A DNA stretch of 60,928 bases, the filler included. It is 11 parts of 11 records of this genome, joined end to end, with 100 filler letters (N's around TTAATTAATTAA, not from the genome) between each part and the next. Parts side by side here need not be neighbours in the genome. Positions count along the whole stretch, not along the records: positions 34,130 to 42,302 come from SRR7504441_10460; positions 42,403 to 45,787 come from SRR7504441_10463; positions 45,888 to 51,594 come from SRR7504441_10469; 8 more parts are not named here. One strand, given 5' to 3'. The notes beneath the pieces were generated by a model that worked only from the letters and a program-made list of their open reading frames with translations, was not told where the DNA came from and searched no databases. Shown here piece by piece: positions 36,121 to 47,419 of the stretch; the stretch's first letter is position 1; each line of letters starts with the position of its first letter. Both the position numbers and the translations under genes were made by a program.

Positions 36121-36963
36121 CTACGGCGCTTTGCGGCTACTCCACCACAACGATCCCCACGGCCAACGAACCGCCCATATCGTTACCACCGTCACCGCCG
36201 CGGCTACCACCGCACCGGCCGCAGCGCTCTTGTAACACCACCCACTGCCCGGGCTGTCTAACGGCTCTGGCAGCAGCTTTTGGGCCGCTATCAGCTCCGG
36301 CATGTCGTCAAATTCGACCTTGCTGTGGCACTCGAGGTGCACGTTTTGGCCGCAAATGGCCGGTTTCACATGGCCGTAGTACTTGGCGAGCTTGCGATAC
36401 AGCCGGAGCAACGGCCGGTGCACCCGCGAATTGGCAACAGCCTCCATATCCTCAGTCTGCCACCCGCACACCACACTCCCACGCACCTGCACCGGCGCTC
36501 GCCCGCAGACCCTCGTAACCCACCTGAATGGCTCGGTTGAAGAGCAGACACCAGGTGGGCACCCCCTGCCGCCACAGTCAGCCACGCAGGCACACCCCGC
36601 GCCGCCTTTTTGAGCGCGTCGGAAAGCGGCTTGTCTCCGCGCGTGCCATCAACCAGCGTCAATTCCCCGCCTGCGGCCCGTCCCTCTGACCCAGGCCGAG
36701 CCATCACCCAGCAACAGCAGCACCACCGCCCGGAGCGGCATCGCGTACGCCGGAAAGTACCCGTGGCCCTTATGGTGGGCCGATTCTGGCCCCGGGCCCG
36801 TCCGGCCGGTAAGCAAGCCGGCCGCACGGCTGGGGAAGTAGGCCAGGTCGTGGTGCGGGTACATTATGCCGTTGCTCAGGTTGGCCAGCACCAGCCGGCC
36901 GGGCCCCGCGCTCGCGGCCCGAGCCGGCGGCCCTTCCTCCTCGGAATCGCTCTCGGCCAGCAT
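36121..36963 (-). CDS. Hypothetical protein with a C-terminal TM anchor, multi-exon
   Basis: Exons LANLSNGIMYPHH..., ELTLVDGTRGDKPLSDALKK|GVPTWCLLFNRAI, RLYRKLAKYYG..., hydrophobic tail AVVAAAVTVVTIWAV. Confidence 0.55.
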
Positions 36964-36992
36964 TGTCGTTAGATCTACTGCCGATCTGAGCA

Positions 36993-37317
36993 ATGTCGTT
37001 CACCCAGCGGAGCTCGGGGGGAGGGCACGCGTACGTGGCCCGCCGGATCGAGGACGACGGCTATTCCTGGGCGGAGCTGTTCTCATCGGCGGTGCTGCTC
37101 GGTCTGGCGGTGCTGGTCATCGGTGGCGGGTGACCGAGCGCCGGCCGGGCCGTGCCGAGCTGGGGGCAGCGGGTACTACTTCCTGAACCTGATGTTCGGG
37201 GAGGCGCTGGGCAAGCTGTGGCGGTCGGCTCGGGGGCTGTGCTTCGGGGAGGCTCGGGCGGTGCGCAAGGAGCACAGCGGTCGACGGGGCAAGAAGAAGG
37301 GCTCGCGGCAGGGTTAG
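36993..37317 (+). CDS. Small single-pass membrane protein (about 95 aa), 2 exons
   Basis: MSFTQRSS...WAELFSSAVLLGLAVLVIGG|GGYYFLNLMFG...GKKKGSRQG after removing a GT-AG intron of about 40 nt near 37130-37169. Confidence 0.45.
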
Positions 37318-37380
37318 CGCGCAATCGGCCGGTGTGTGATAATATACAATTTTATGTACGTACTCAGCTAGACATATAGT

Positions 37381-38466
37381 TCACTGCCCGCTCCGCACCT
37401 TGTGGATGAGCCGCAGCACCAGCTCGGCCTCGTCTTTGCCGCTGGGTTTGCTATCATACCCGCCCAATTCGTGTTGATTCGGCCACATTTCAAGCAATTC
37501 AGCCGGCCCAGTTGGCGCGGGCCGGTCCCGCTGGAACAGCCTGTGGAGCAGCCGGGCCATGGCGGGTTCCACGTAGTGCAGCGAGACTAACTGGGCCGCG
37601 CAGCAGCCAAGCCCTGTGTGCAGCTCTTCCCCTATATTGTCCTTATAATCTTTGTACCATCCATCAACCCGGCCCGTTGCCGACCTCACTAGCCCGAAAG
37701 CATTAAACCGCTCCTCCCCGCCATCCGTCCGGGTGTTGCTCAGTATCAACCCGAGCTCCTGCAGGCACCCGCTCAGCGCAACGTCGTCGCTGTCCTTAAG
37801 GAAGTCCTGCGCTCCGACCTTGAGCCCGCAGCCGGTCTCCCAGTCTGCCAGCAGGCTCTCGACTGCAGCCCGGCTGAACACCATCCCAGCCCCGCCGCTG
37901 ACGAACTTGTCCCCGGCGTGGTAGCGCGTCTGGAGCCTGTTGCCGAGCATGAGCGGCTCTGTGGGGTCCAAGGTGGCGAGATAAGCCAGTAAGTGCTGGG
38001 GGAGCAGGAACGATATATCGTCCACCTTCACCACCCAGTCCGGTCGATCCAGCTCGGCCAGCGCCCGCCTGAGCCCCCACACCAACTGCTCGGTCCGGCG
38101 CTGCTTGGGCTGCCCTACTGGCAGGTTGAAAGCCATTCCCGCAGGGGCGGCCGGGCTGTTCAGGAAACGGACTGTCAGCGGACCGGAGGCCCAGGTTTCG
38201 AGGATGGCCTTGACCCGAGCCGGGTGCCTCTGCGGGTCCACGGTGGTCTGGGCCACCAGCACGGCCACCCGCGGCAACTTTGGCGGCGGCGGCGGTTCGA
38301 GCGGCACCGCTGGGGGAGGTGGGTGCACGCGGCGGGGGGCCGGATCCGGGCTGGGCGGTCGGGACTGCAGCGGCTGCGTGGGCAGCAGCACCAGCAGCGC
38401 CAGCCCCGCGAACGGCACCGAGCAGCCGACGAGCGCAGCCACCAGCAGCCGCCCGAGCCGGGCCAT
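37381..38466 (-). CDS. Glycosyltransferase family 31 (Fringe/C1GALT1-like beta-1,3-galactosyltransferase)
   Basis: Type II TM plus Pro-rich stem; ILETW, DWVVKVDD, LDPTEPLMLG, SGGAGMVFS, DDVALSGCL, CCAAQLVSLHY. Confidence 0.9.
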   Translation of the reverse strand: MARLGRLLVAALVGCSVPFAGLALLVLLPTQPLQSRPPSPDPAPRRVHPPPPAVPLEPPPPPKLPRVAVLVAQTTVDPQRHPARVKAILETWASGPLTVRFLNSPAAPAGMAFNLPVGQPKQRRTEQLVWGLRRALAELDRPDWVVKVDDISFLLPQHLLAYLATLDPTEPLMLGNRLQTRYHAGDKFVSGGAGMVFSRAAVESLLADWETGCGLKVGAQDFLKDSDDVALSGCLQELGLILSNTRTDGGEERFNAFGLVRSATGRVDGWYKDYKDNIGEELHTGLGCCAAQLVSLHYVEPAMARLLHRLFQRDRPAPTGPAELLEMWPNQHELGGYDSKPSGKDEAELVLRLIHKVRSGQ

Positions 38467-38545
38467 GAGAGAGCAGTCCACCGGCGCGCTGTCCAACGGC
38501 AAGTTCGGTTGGGATACAGCCGTGGGCAGCTCACTGGGCAGCGGC

Positions 38546-41500
38546 ATGGAGGCTCGCGGCAGGCACCGGGCAGGGGCCCGAACGCGGTGCCGGACGTCGG
38601 TCCACGCCCCGGCCACCAGGGCGAGGAGCCGAGAGTCGGAGCCACAGAGCGGCTGGCACGGGGGCCGTCCGCCGGGGAGCGCCGCTGGCAGGCTGCTGCT
38701 GATCGCGGTTGCCGGCTGGTGCTACCAGGCCGCTCGGGCGGACAGCACAGTCGAGCCGTTTAACTGTACGGAGATTACCCCGCCGCTGTTCTTGTACCGG
38801 GGTCTCACGCTCATGGAGCTGGATCCGACTTCGGGGGCGCTACGGACACTGTACGCCCTCCCACAGAACGTGAACGCTGCTGGGCTGAGTGCTGCAGATA
38901 GTAAAATGTACGGGACAGTGAGGGAAGCTGGGTCATCGTATGTTGTACGGTTCGACCAAAACAGCGTTGAATATCTGGCAACGGCCGCGTTGGACGGCTA
39001 CAGCATAGTCGCCGGTACTGTGGATTATTCAGGGGACTACTTCTTCCTGACTCGAGTGCCGAGCGGCGTGTCGACTGATACTGTTGGCCTGTACCGGCTT
39101 GCTGACGTGGCATCGATGCTCGGTTCCTCCAATCCAACCAATTTAAGGGAAGTCACTGGGGCGGACCGAGTGATCGACCTCTCCAGCACGATAGCGACAA
39201 GTTATGACGCGTTAGGAGACATCACGTACCTGCGGGCCGACCTGGAAAGCACCGGCACCGCTCAGGATTATCTGATTGGAGTGGCAAACAACGCGGTGGC
39301 CCTAGTGATGCAACCCTCAAGCGGTCGGTATTGGCAGCTCAGCTTGAGCGGCGATGTCCAGATGAGGCAAGTGGGAGCTGCCTTTACAGTGACTGAGGGC
39401 GGCGAGGAGTTGACACTCTTCTTGCACATCTCTGGCAAGCTGGTAGCACTCCGCGACATTGATCTCTCCACCGGCTCTGCTGTCGTGGGCCTGATGTCTT
39501 CAGTTGCTGGTGGTGACGGCCGGGGTGACGGCTTGTCGTGCAAAGTGCCCTTAGCTGCGACCACCACAGCGCCCTCTACGGCGCCCTCTACAGCGCCCTC
39601 TACAGTACCGCCTTACACAACTGAGCCGGCCGCGCCCTTCACACCTGAATCGGCGGCCGTGGCGACTATGAGCGCAGCCGTGGTCTGGACCTTGGTGGGA
39701 GTAGCAGTGCAGCTCGGAACCGTCCCACCTGTACTGCTAAGCCGGGCCGGACTCCAACGCCCGGTCGGGGCTGGTGCTAGTTTGGTGGTCGGGCTTTTGA
39801 CCACTGACCTTGTGCTTAGTGCAGTCCAAGTGGGTGGTTCATTCGGGCAGGCAGGTGAACGGCGAGGCGGGCTCGCAGATGCCACGGCTATCACAAGCCC
39901 ATGGGCCATCAGCGTGCAGCTGGCCCGAATGCTGTTTGGCGCCATGGTGGCCGCAATAGTCTTCTTTCCGGACTGTGGCGGCCGTGGATTCCTACATAAT
40001 GGGCTCCTTGCGTTTGTGCTGGCTATTCCTGGGGCTGTACTCGTAGGCACCTCATTGGGTTACGAATCCAAACAGGGATGGAGCAACATGCTCACGGGCG
40101 CAAACTGCGGCAGCAGCGAGGCTGCGTTGTTTTGGATGGTAGCGTGCCTTTGGACGACGCTTGTCTGGATTGTTTGGGGCATAATTGCAGGCCTCTGGCG
40201 TGCGCCTCGGAACACAAAGTGTTTTGTATGTGTGGGTGCTTTCTTTTTCTTCTGGGGCTCATTGGCCCTGACAGATGCCACCAGCGCATACACCCGATCT
40301 ACGCACCAAGCCGACTTTGCTGGTCATACGACCGAGCTCGAGATCGTGTGCCGGATGGCCGCGTTCGTGTGCCAGTTGACGTCTGTTGGGGTGCTCATGA
40401 TCGCAATCATGGCCGACTCGAACTGGTGGGCTCAGCTGTGCGCTGAGTGGGATGGCTCCAGATCAGTTTGCCCAAAGGGCGACCATCTGACCACCGCCGA
40501 GGAGGCGCATGAGCGGCTGTCCGAGCATCGGCTTATCATTCCGCCTGAAGAAGTCTGGGTGGACTCGAGTGCTCCGCTGGGTGGTGGCGGCAGCGCTGTC
40601 GTGTGGAGGGGAAAATACAAGCAACAGCCAGCCACCCAAGATGACTGCTGTTGCAGCTTCACAGAACGCGGTGACCACCGGGAGGTGGAGATAGCTGTGA
40701 AAAGGTTCTACTTCGACCGCTTAGTACCTGAGGTGGTCGACGAGGTTTTAGAAGAATGCTACATCTGCTCGATGCTCGAGCACCCTCATATCGCCAGATT
40801 CTACGGAGTGGTCATTCGACCGCCTCACATCGAGCTGATACTCGAGCTCTGTTCCCGTGGCTCGCTCCACGACGTGCTGTCTGAATCCAATTTGACACGG
40901 TCTGAGCGCCTTGCGCTGGCACTGCAGGCTGTGCAGATTCTTTGCTGGGTGCACTCAGAGTGGCATGTGCTGCACCGCGACGTCAAGAGCCTTAACTTCC
41001 TGTGCACAGTCGACCAGCCAGACGAAGCAGCGCCGCAGCTTCAAGTCAAGCTCGCCGACTTTGGGGCCTCGGCGCTATGCGCTGCAAGGCGGGGGTCGCA
41101 CGCTCCCTCTTAGCGCGACCGAGCCCACTGGCCAGGTACGCTAAATGGCACAAGCCAGGGACTTGGTGCATGCGGCGGTTTAGAGAAGAGGAGTCGCCTA
41201 GCTACAGTGTGCCGTGGGCGGCACCCGAGGTATTCACGCTGTACGGCGCTCGACTGGACTGACCATCGGTGCAGGTGCTGAGGAGAGAGCCCTATACATT
41301 AGCTTCGGAGGTGTTCTCAGCGGCCATTGTAGTCTGGGAATGTCTCAGTGGGCTATCACCATACGCCGAGTTTGAAGATCTGGAGATTGTCGAGCGAAGG
41401 ATCGCATCTAACAGCCCACCACTGAGGCCAGCAATTCCCGACGAGACACCCACACAGTTGGCAGCTGTGCTCAGCCAGTGCTGGGCTCACAACCCAGAGG

Positions 41501-41856
41501 ATCGGCCGCCACTTACCGAGCTAGAAGCAGCTTTGAAACATCTGGTGGACGAGCCGTCCGTGGTCACATCCAAAATGCGCGATGCTGGTTACGCGCAATT
41601 TGAAAACCCGTTAGTGGGCGACCTAGTTGCCAACCGCAACGTAGTATTTGACGACGGAGGGCGGCGAGAATGCATACGTCGAATGCACTCGCAGCACACG
41701 GTTGGGGCATCGCTTGAGACCAAGAGCCCGTCATCTGGAAAGGCGATTGAGTCGGAAATGGTCCAGTTCTGTCCAGCCCGAAGTAATGCAGAGCTAGAAT
41801 TGGCGCCCTGGTTTCGTTCAGGTGACCAAGATAACAAAGCTGTCATGACATTGTAA
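38546..41856 (+). CDS. 7TM-TKL receptor kinase with a beta-propeller-like ectodomain
   Basis: Signal-like LLLIAVAGW; beta-rich ectodomain; TAPS-repeat stalk; seven hydrophobic helices ending ADSNWW; kinase motifs GGGGSAVV, IAVK, HRDVKSLN, DFG, WAAPE, CWAHNPEDRP; two short introns near 41095 and 41230. Confidence 0.85.
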
Positions 41857-42136
41857 ATGATGTACTAGTAATCCATTGAAGTACGAATTAATTATTTTAA
41901 AAATTGACCGTGAGTAATCCGGTCATCAAGCACTTGTTTCGGCTATATTTCGGCCTCTGGGCGCTAGGCATTCAGGCACAAAATTTATAACATAGCATAA
42001 CTGTATGCGCAATGTGGTAACAAGGACTTAGTTCATTAATCAAGTTAGTACGAGTACTGATTTTACACTCATTGAACTTGTGAGTTGCGTGTCGTGATCT
42101 ACCAGTTGGGTTCCTGTGCCAATGTAATCACGCTAG

Positions 42137-42302
42137 TCATTGCTTGAAGGCTTGGAACAGCGTATAACAATAGTCGATCGGGCACCATATGGCCGTCCCA
42201 TTGGACCCAGGCCCACAATCTGGGTTCTTGCCTGCGTAAGGATCCCAGTCGGGGGGCCGGCTGGCCCTGGCGGCTGCCCAGGTACTTGGCGATGACTTGG
42301 GC
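42137..42302 (-). CDS. Possible 3' fragment of a gene
   Basis: GC-rich coding-like tail (...PDWDPYAGKNPDCG...WCPIDYCYTLFQAFKQ-TGA) at the contig edge; frame uncertain. Confidence 0.25.
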
Positions 42303-42402
42303 NNNNNNNNNNNNNNNNNNNNNNNNNNNNNNNNNNNNNNNNNNNNTTAATTAATTAANNNNNNNNNNNNNNNNNNNNNNNNNNNNNNNNNNNNNNNNNN
42401 NN
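42303..42402. other. Artificial contig linker
   Basis: N44-TTAATTAATTAA-N44. Confidence 0.99.
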
Positions 42403-42496
42403 ACAAGACAAGTCCGTTTTACAAACGGCCCCGAAATTTGAGACAAGTTCAACACAGGCTGCAAAGCAAGCTTGTGGGAGGGTCGGAAGCAGCGTG

Positions 42497-45400
42497 ATGC
42501 AACAACCACCGAGCGCGCAGAACATCTCCGCAGGTGCAGCCCCACCCACCCCGCGCCACTGGCCGCCCAGCAGCGGGCAGGCGACGTGAAGGCTCTGCTC
42601 TTGAGCAAACCCAAGCCATACGCTCCGTCGGCCCCTCCCAGCCATGAGGTGCCCCGCGCGCCGCCCGCCCACCGACCTGCCACGCAGAGCTCCCGCCGGA
42701 GCGTGGAGAAGATGGAGGCCGAGATGGCCTACGAGGCCTTCGAAGCGGCCGGTGGGTTGCCAGTCGGGCCGGGGTTGATGGGGGGCAGTGGCCGACAGGG
42801 ACCTTATTGCCGAGGAGCTCCGGATCCTGAATGGGAGGCTGTTGGACTCGCCCTCCAAGTCTGGAATCGACCGGCAGGCCCAGGCCACCATCAAGGCGCC
42901 GGGGCCGGCCGGCCAGTGGGGCGAGGGGCGGATGGCAGGGCCTGCAAGGGACCATCGCCAAGCTCGAGGAGGAGGTGGAGCAGCTGCAGGCCCAGAACCA
43001 CCGGGGTGCCCCGACGGCCGGCCAGTTTCACCGCCGGTGCAGAGCGGTCCCAGTTGATGTTCCAAGTGAAGCAAGTCGAGACTCAGGCGACTGGCCAGGC
43101 AGGGCCGGGCTGTGAGCTGGTGGCAGCTGGAGAAGGCCACTGAGGAGAGCGAGAGGCTCAACAACGAGTTGAATAGGGCCATCGACATAAAAAAACACGT
43201 GAGTGCTGCCCGCACAGCGGCCGAGCCAGTGGGTGGGCGTTGTAGAAAGAGCTGCAAGCAGCGTTCGAGATCGAGCAGTTTGCGACTCAGGCAGACCCAG
43301 CAGGAGCCCCGGTCTCATCTCGGGCGGCAGGAGGCGATTGCGCACGCCGAGGCGGCCGAGGCCGACAATGACGCTCTTAGCGAGAAGGTGGAAGGGCTGC
43401 AACGGCAGTTGGTCGAGGCTAAGTCAAACGGCTTCAAGCAGCAAGTGTCTGCCTGCGCTGAGCAGGCCGGGCCGCTGCGTCTTGCGATCGCCGAGCGGAT
43501 TTATTCGATTCTGGAGGACTTCGTTGAGGAGGAAGAGGGCGATAAGAGCCCTGTGGTCGAGCACCTGGAGAGCTGCTGCCGCTCGCTCTCGACCATGCAG
43601 GTGCACGAGAAGGCCTCGCTCGCGTGGGTGGTCCAGGATCTCGAGGACATGGGCGGCACCGTGGCCGCGTTCAGGGAGCTGCTCCATGCCGCCACCAGGC
43701 AACTCGCCTGTGCGCTCAGGCTCAACTGTGGGCCAGCGCGCTTGCAACTGCCGAACAGCCCAAACCGCAAGAGCAAGAGGACAACACCTCGGCAAGCTCA
43801 GAGGTGTCACGCAGCCCGAGCCAGCAGTTGAGCCACACTTTAGGTTTGCTCGCACACCAGCGCCGACGCGGGAGCGCCGGAGGGCTCGCAGTCGTCTGGG
43901 CGGTCGGATCACGGCTCTATCTCAATCGAAGAGCACAAGCAGAAGCTCAAGGAGGCCGAGGAAAATGTCAGCAAGATCCGCGAAGCGCTCAGGACCGCGC
44001 GCGCCGATCTAAAGGAATGCCGACATCAGATGAGGTCGAGCAAGGCCGATGCGGAGGATGCAAACAAGAAGCTGGCCTCCGTCCAGGAGGAGAAGGCAAA
44101 GCTCGAGAAAGACATGAAGCTCATGGAGGGCAAGCTAGCCCAGGTCGGGTCTAGTCTAGCCTGCAAGGGCTCATGGGCGAGTCGCAGGCGCTTCAGCAGA
44201 AGCGGGAGGCGTACACGAAGTCTCGCAAAGTCGACCAGGAGAGGGAGAAGCACCAGGCCGAGCTAAATAAAGTGATGGAGGAGACTGAACGGATCCGGCG
44301 CGAAATGGAGCAAAAACTGCACATCACCGAGCAAGAGCAGGCTGAGTACCAGACTGTCACCGGCGAACTGAGGGCCAAAATGGAGATGGAGCTCCGTCAG
44401 CTGCAGAAGGACCACCAGCAGGTGAGACCCGTGGGTCATGGCAGCTGAGGCTTGGTGCAGGCCGAGGAGGACAATGCGGCCTTGATGGAGGACCGCGTGA
44501 ACCTGATCGCTCAACTGACCGAGACTAAGATTCAGACCCAAGAGAACTTGCAGAAGGTAGTGTCTGAGAACGAGGCTGCATTTGAGGCTGTCAAGGCTGA
44601 GCTTGAGGCTGGAATCACTGAACTCGAGACCAAGCTTGTAGCTGCTGAAAAGGACGTGGAGGCGCACCGGCAGGTCGCGGATAAGTACCGGGTGGATCTG
44701 GAGGCGATGATGCAAACTGTAAGCGAGCATTCGCTCAGGTCGACAGAGCTGGAACACAAACTCCACGAGACTGCTGCTGTGGTCGAGTCACAGAACTTCG
44801 AGCTAGACACGCTAAAGAAATCGACTGAGCGTGCCAAGGCTGAGTTTGACCGGGACATCACGGAACTGACGGCCACTGTGAATCACATGGAGGAAGCTGC
44901 CGCCGAGAGAGAAAACAGGATAGCAAACAATGCCGAGCAAGCCATTGCCAAGGTAAAGGCCGATGCCCTGACAGAGCTTCAAATCAAGGAAGCGGCTACA
45001 AGAGCAACTTCGGAAGAGAAGATCAAAATGACGCTCGAGATGAAGGAACGGGCAGAACTGGAGCTGGAAGAGCAGATGAAGGCCAACATGGCCTACGAAG
45101 AGGAGCTCCAGAGGCAAAAGCAGGAGGTGACGCTGCAGGCGGCTCAGTGCTGAGCTCAATCTGCGTTCAGGTGATTGCAGCAAGGACCATGGCGCGCGAG
45201 GCGAAGCTTGTTCAGCAGCAACAAGGTGGCTAACTGCTTGGCCGCTGGACACTGATTGCTTGGTTCTTGCAGCTCCGTTTGCTCGGCAGGACGAGAACAC
45301 TGCTAGACAAGCGCCAGCTTGCCCTCCAGCTCAAATCAAACAGAGCAATCATAGGTCTTCTATGATGTGGCTCAAGCAGAAAAGGAGGCAGCAGCAGACA

Positions 45401-45538
45401 TTCACAAACAAGGAGAACGCTGATGAGCCTGCAGTAACTAAACTGGCGGCTGTTGATGGCAGCACACAGGAGGTGAGGAGTCAGGCCAAATTAGAAAGGA
45501 AGGCGGCACTGGCTCGGCTCAAGGAGCGGAGGGTATGA
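42497..45538 (+). CDS. Long coiled-coil protein, multi-exon
   Basis: Successive E/K/Q-rich helical exons (43112-43831, 44030-44266, 44173-44448, 44452-45153, 45260-45538) separated by short introns; KEN motif near the C-terminus. Confidence 0.6.
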
Positions 45539-45787
45539 GCGGCTCCCATCAATTGTTGCGGGCAAGTGCACGCAGCCGGTACAGTCCTTGAAAGGTACTA
45601 ATGAACTAATGAACATGAATTCAAAGTGGTCGATGCGCCAGCAATTGTGTGGCAAGCGATTTCCAGAATGGAGGGTTTGATAAAAACAAAGTCCTGAAAA
45701 CTGATAACTGATTTACTTTTGATAGGCAACTTTTACATGTAGGGGTTCTATTTAGTTATTAATTAGATACCTCGCAGATTTCAATGG

Positions 45788-45887
45788 NNNNNNNNNNNNN
45801 NNNNNNNNNNNNNNNNNNNNNNNNNNNNNNNTTAATTAATTAANNNNNNNNNNNNNNNNNNNNNNNNNNNNNNNNNNNNNNNNNNNN
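45788..45887. other. Artificial contig linker
   Basis: N44-TTAATTAATTAA-N44. Confidence 0.99.
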
Positions 45888-46089
45888 CACACCAAATGGT
45901 GGTGAGCAATGGACCGGCCTAGACCTGTGTAAAGTACGAAACCTTTTATCAGGGCATATGTAGCACCATGAGCACTAACTAGACCCCAACAAGCTATAGG
46001 AGCTATTTGCAAGACTTGCGTTCCGTACAATACATCGTGCTAGCGCCCGCATCACGGCTTGTAGAGCGAGTTCTGACCTCAGGCCAAAC

Positions 46090-47283
46090 CTAGTTCTGCA
46101 GCCTGATGTTGTCAGCCCAGACGAACCCGGTGCCGCCGCTCTTCCACACGCCAGGTCCGAACGGGCTGGGCAGTCCGATGTCGATGAAGCTATCCAGGCC
46201 GGTGCTACTCGGAGGGTCGAGAGGGTGCTGCCCGCCCACAGTCACCCGGTGCAGTATCCGGAGCCCCTGCTCCAGAGTCGAGTCGTGCGCGGTCGGGTCG
46301 GCCTTGTGTGCCACCGCCCAGTTGTCGATCATTACCAGGTCGCCTGCACGGTAAGCGTGCTTGTGGTGCAGCCCAGGGTCGTTCAGCCGCCGATTGTATT
46401 CCTGAAATAACTCGCGCATCTGCTTGACGTCAAGCAGCGTGCCCGTGCTTGTATCGAGCACCGCCCCAGTCATCCCCAGGTGAAGGTAGCAGTGCTTCCG
46501 CCCAGAGATCGGGTGTCTGAGCACCAGAGGGTGTACGACTCCCGACGTAGCATTCACCGACACCAGCGCCTCCCACCTCTGCTGGTCCGCGGCCGACAGC
46601 CTGTCGAACGCCGCGCCGGTGTGCGCAAACAGCGTCTCGCCGCCGGCGTTGGGCGCTTCGACAATGTAGTACCCCACGTGGGAGAATACCCGACGCTCGA
46701 AGCTTCCGTCGTTATGCCACTGCGGCCCGACTCCGAGTATGCCGTGCTCCGAGTTGTTCGACAGCCTGAAGATGTGCCGGTTGGGTGCCTTTGGGTGCAC
46801 CCCGTGGGTCGAGTGCACCCGCCGGCCGCCAAACAGCTCGCAGGCGGCCACCAGCTCGTCGCCGTCGTGCAGCTGCTGCCCGCGGAATACAATAAACCCG
46901 CGGTCGGCCATCACGGCCTGCAGCCGCTCCAGGATGGCGTCCGACGGCTGGCTCCGCAGGTCCAATCCGGTTACTTCAGCCCCGCACGGCTCGATGTTGG
47001 TGATGCTGAATTCTGGTGTCAGCCCGGAGTCCGGCGGGACCGTAGGCCGGTTGGCGGCAAGCTCGAGTTCTTCCATGGCGGTCCGCACCTTGGGCTGGTG
47101 GGCCACGGCCGACAGCAGCGAGCCGAGCGCCTGCGGCGGGATCCCGGCCTCTGCTGCCGAACGGAGCAGCACTGACTGCATCATGGCGCCCGCCTGCCCG
47201 GCCGGCTGCTGTCGGAGGGTGTTGGCGGCGGCGAGGAGCAGCTTGCAGATGGTGTCGGACGGGTCGTTGGTCGATGCGGGCAT
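46090..47283 (-). CDS. TauD/TfdA family Fe(II)/2-oxoglutarate dioxygenase
   Basis: GAEVTGLDL, GFIVFRGQ, WHNDGSF (HxD), GGETLFA, HPLVLRHPISGRK, GDLVMIDNWAVAH, RILHRVT. Confidence 0.92.
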   Translation of the reverse strand: MPASTNDPSDTICKLLLAAANTLRQQPAGQAGAMMQSVLLRSAAEAGIPPQALGSLLSAVAHQPKVRTAMEELELAANRPTVPPDSGLTPEFSITNIEPCGAEVTGLDLRSQPSDAILERLQAVMADRGFIVFRGQQLHDGDELVAACELFGGRRVHSTHGVHPKAPNRHIFRLSNNSEHGILGVGPQWHNDGSFERRVFSHVGYYIVEAPNAGGETLFAHTGAAFDRLSAADQQRWEALVSVNATSGVVHPLVLRHPISGRKHCYLHLGMTGAVLDTSTGTLLDVKQMRELFQEYNRRLNDPGLHHKHAYRAGDLVMIDNWAVAHKADPTAHDSTLEQGLRILHRVTVGGQHPLDPPSSTGLDSFIDIGLPSPFGPGVWKSGGTGFVWADNIRLQN

Positions 47284-47419
47284 CACGTGATGAAGTTGTA
47301 CACGTAGTAGATGGTGAGCAGCAGCGGGGGCAGGCGGTCCAGAGTGAAGGTGGCCTCCGGCGATGACAAGACGTAGACTACTCTTCCGTTAGAGTTCAGT
47401 TAGAGCACAGCCCCGGACG

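Noticed and set aside
38105-38545. N-terminal extensions making GT31/kinase, PILS/EF-hand and P4H/RdRP overlap
   Set aside because: These come from upstream or alternative start codons in the ORF track; downstream ATGs that precede signal or TM segments give non-overlapping genes.
45888-46093. A + strand gene end whose TAG overlaps the TauD stop (CTAG)
   Set aside because: The fragment is too short and its frame ambiguous; cannot be supported.
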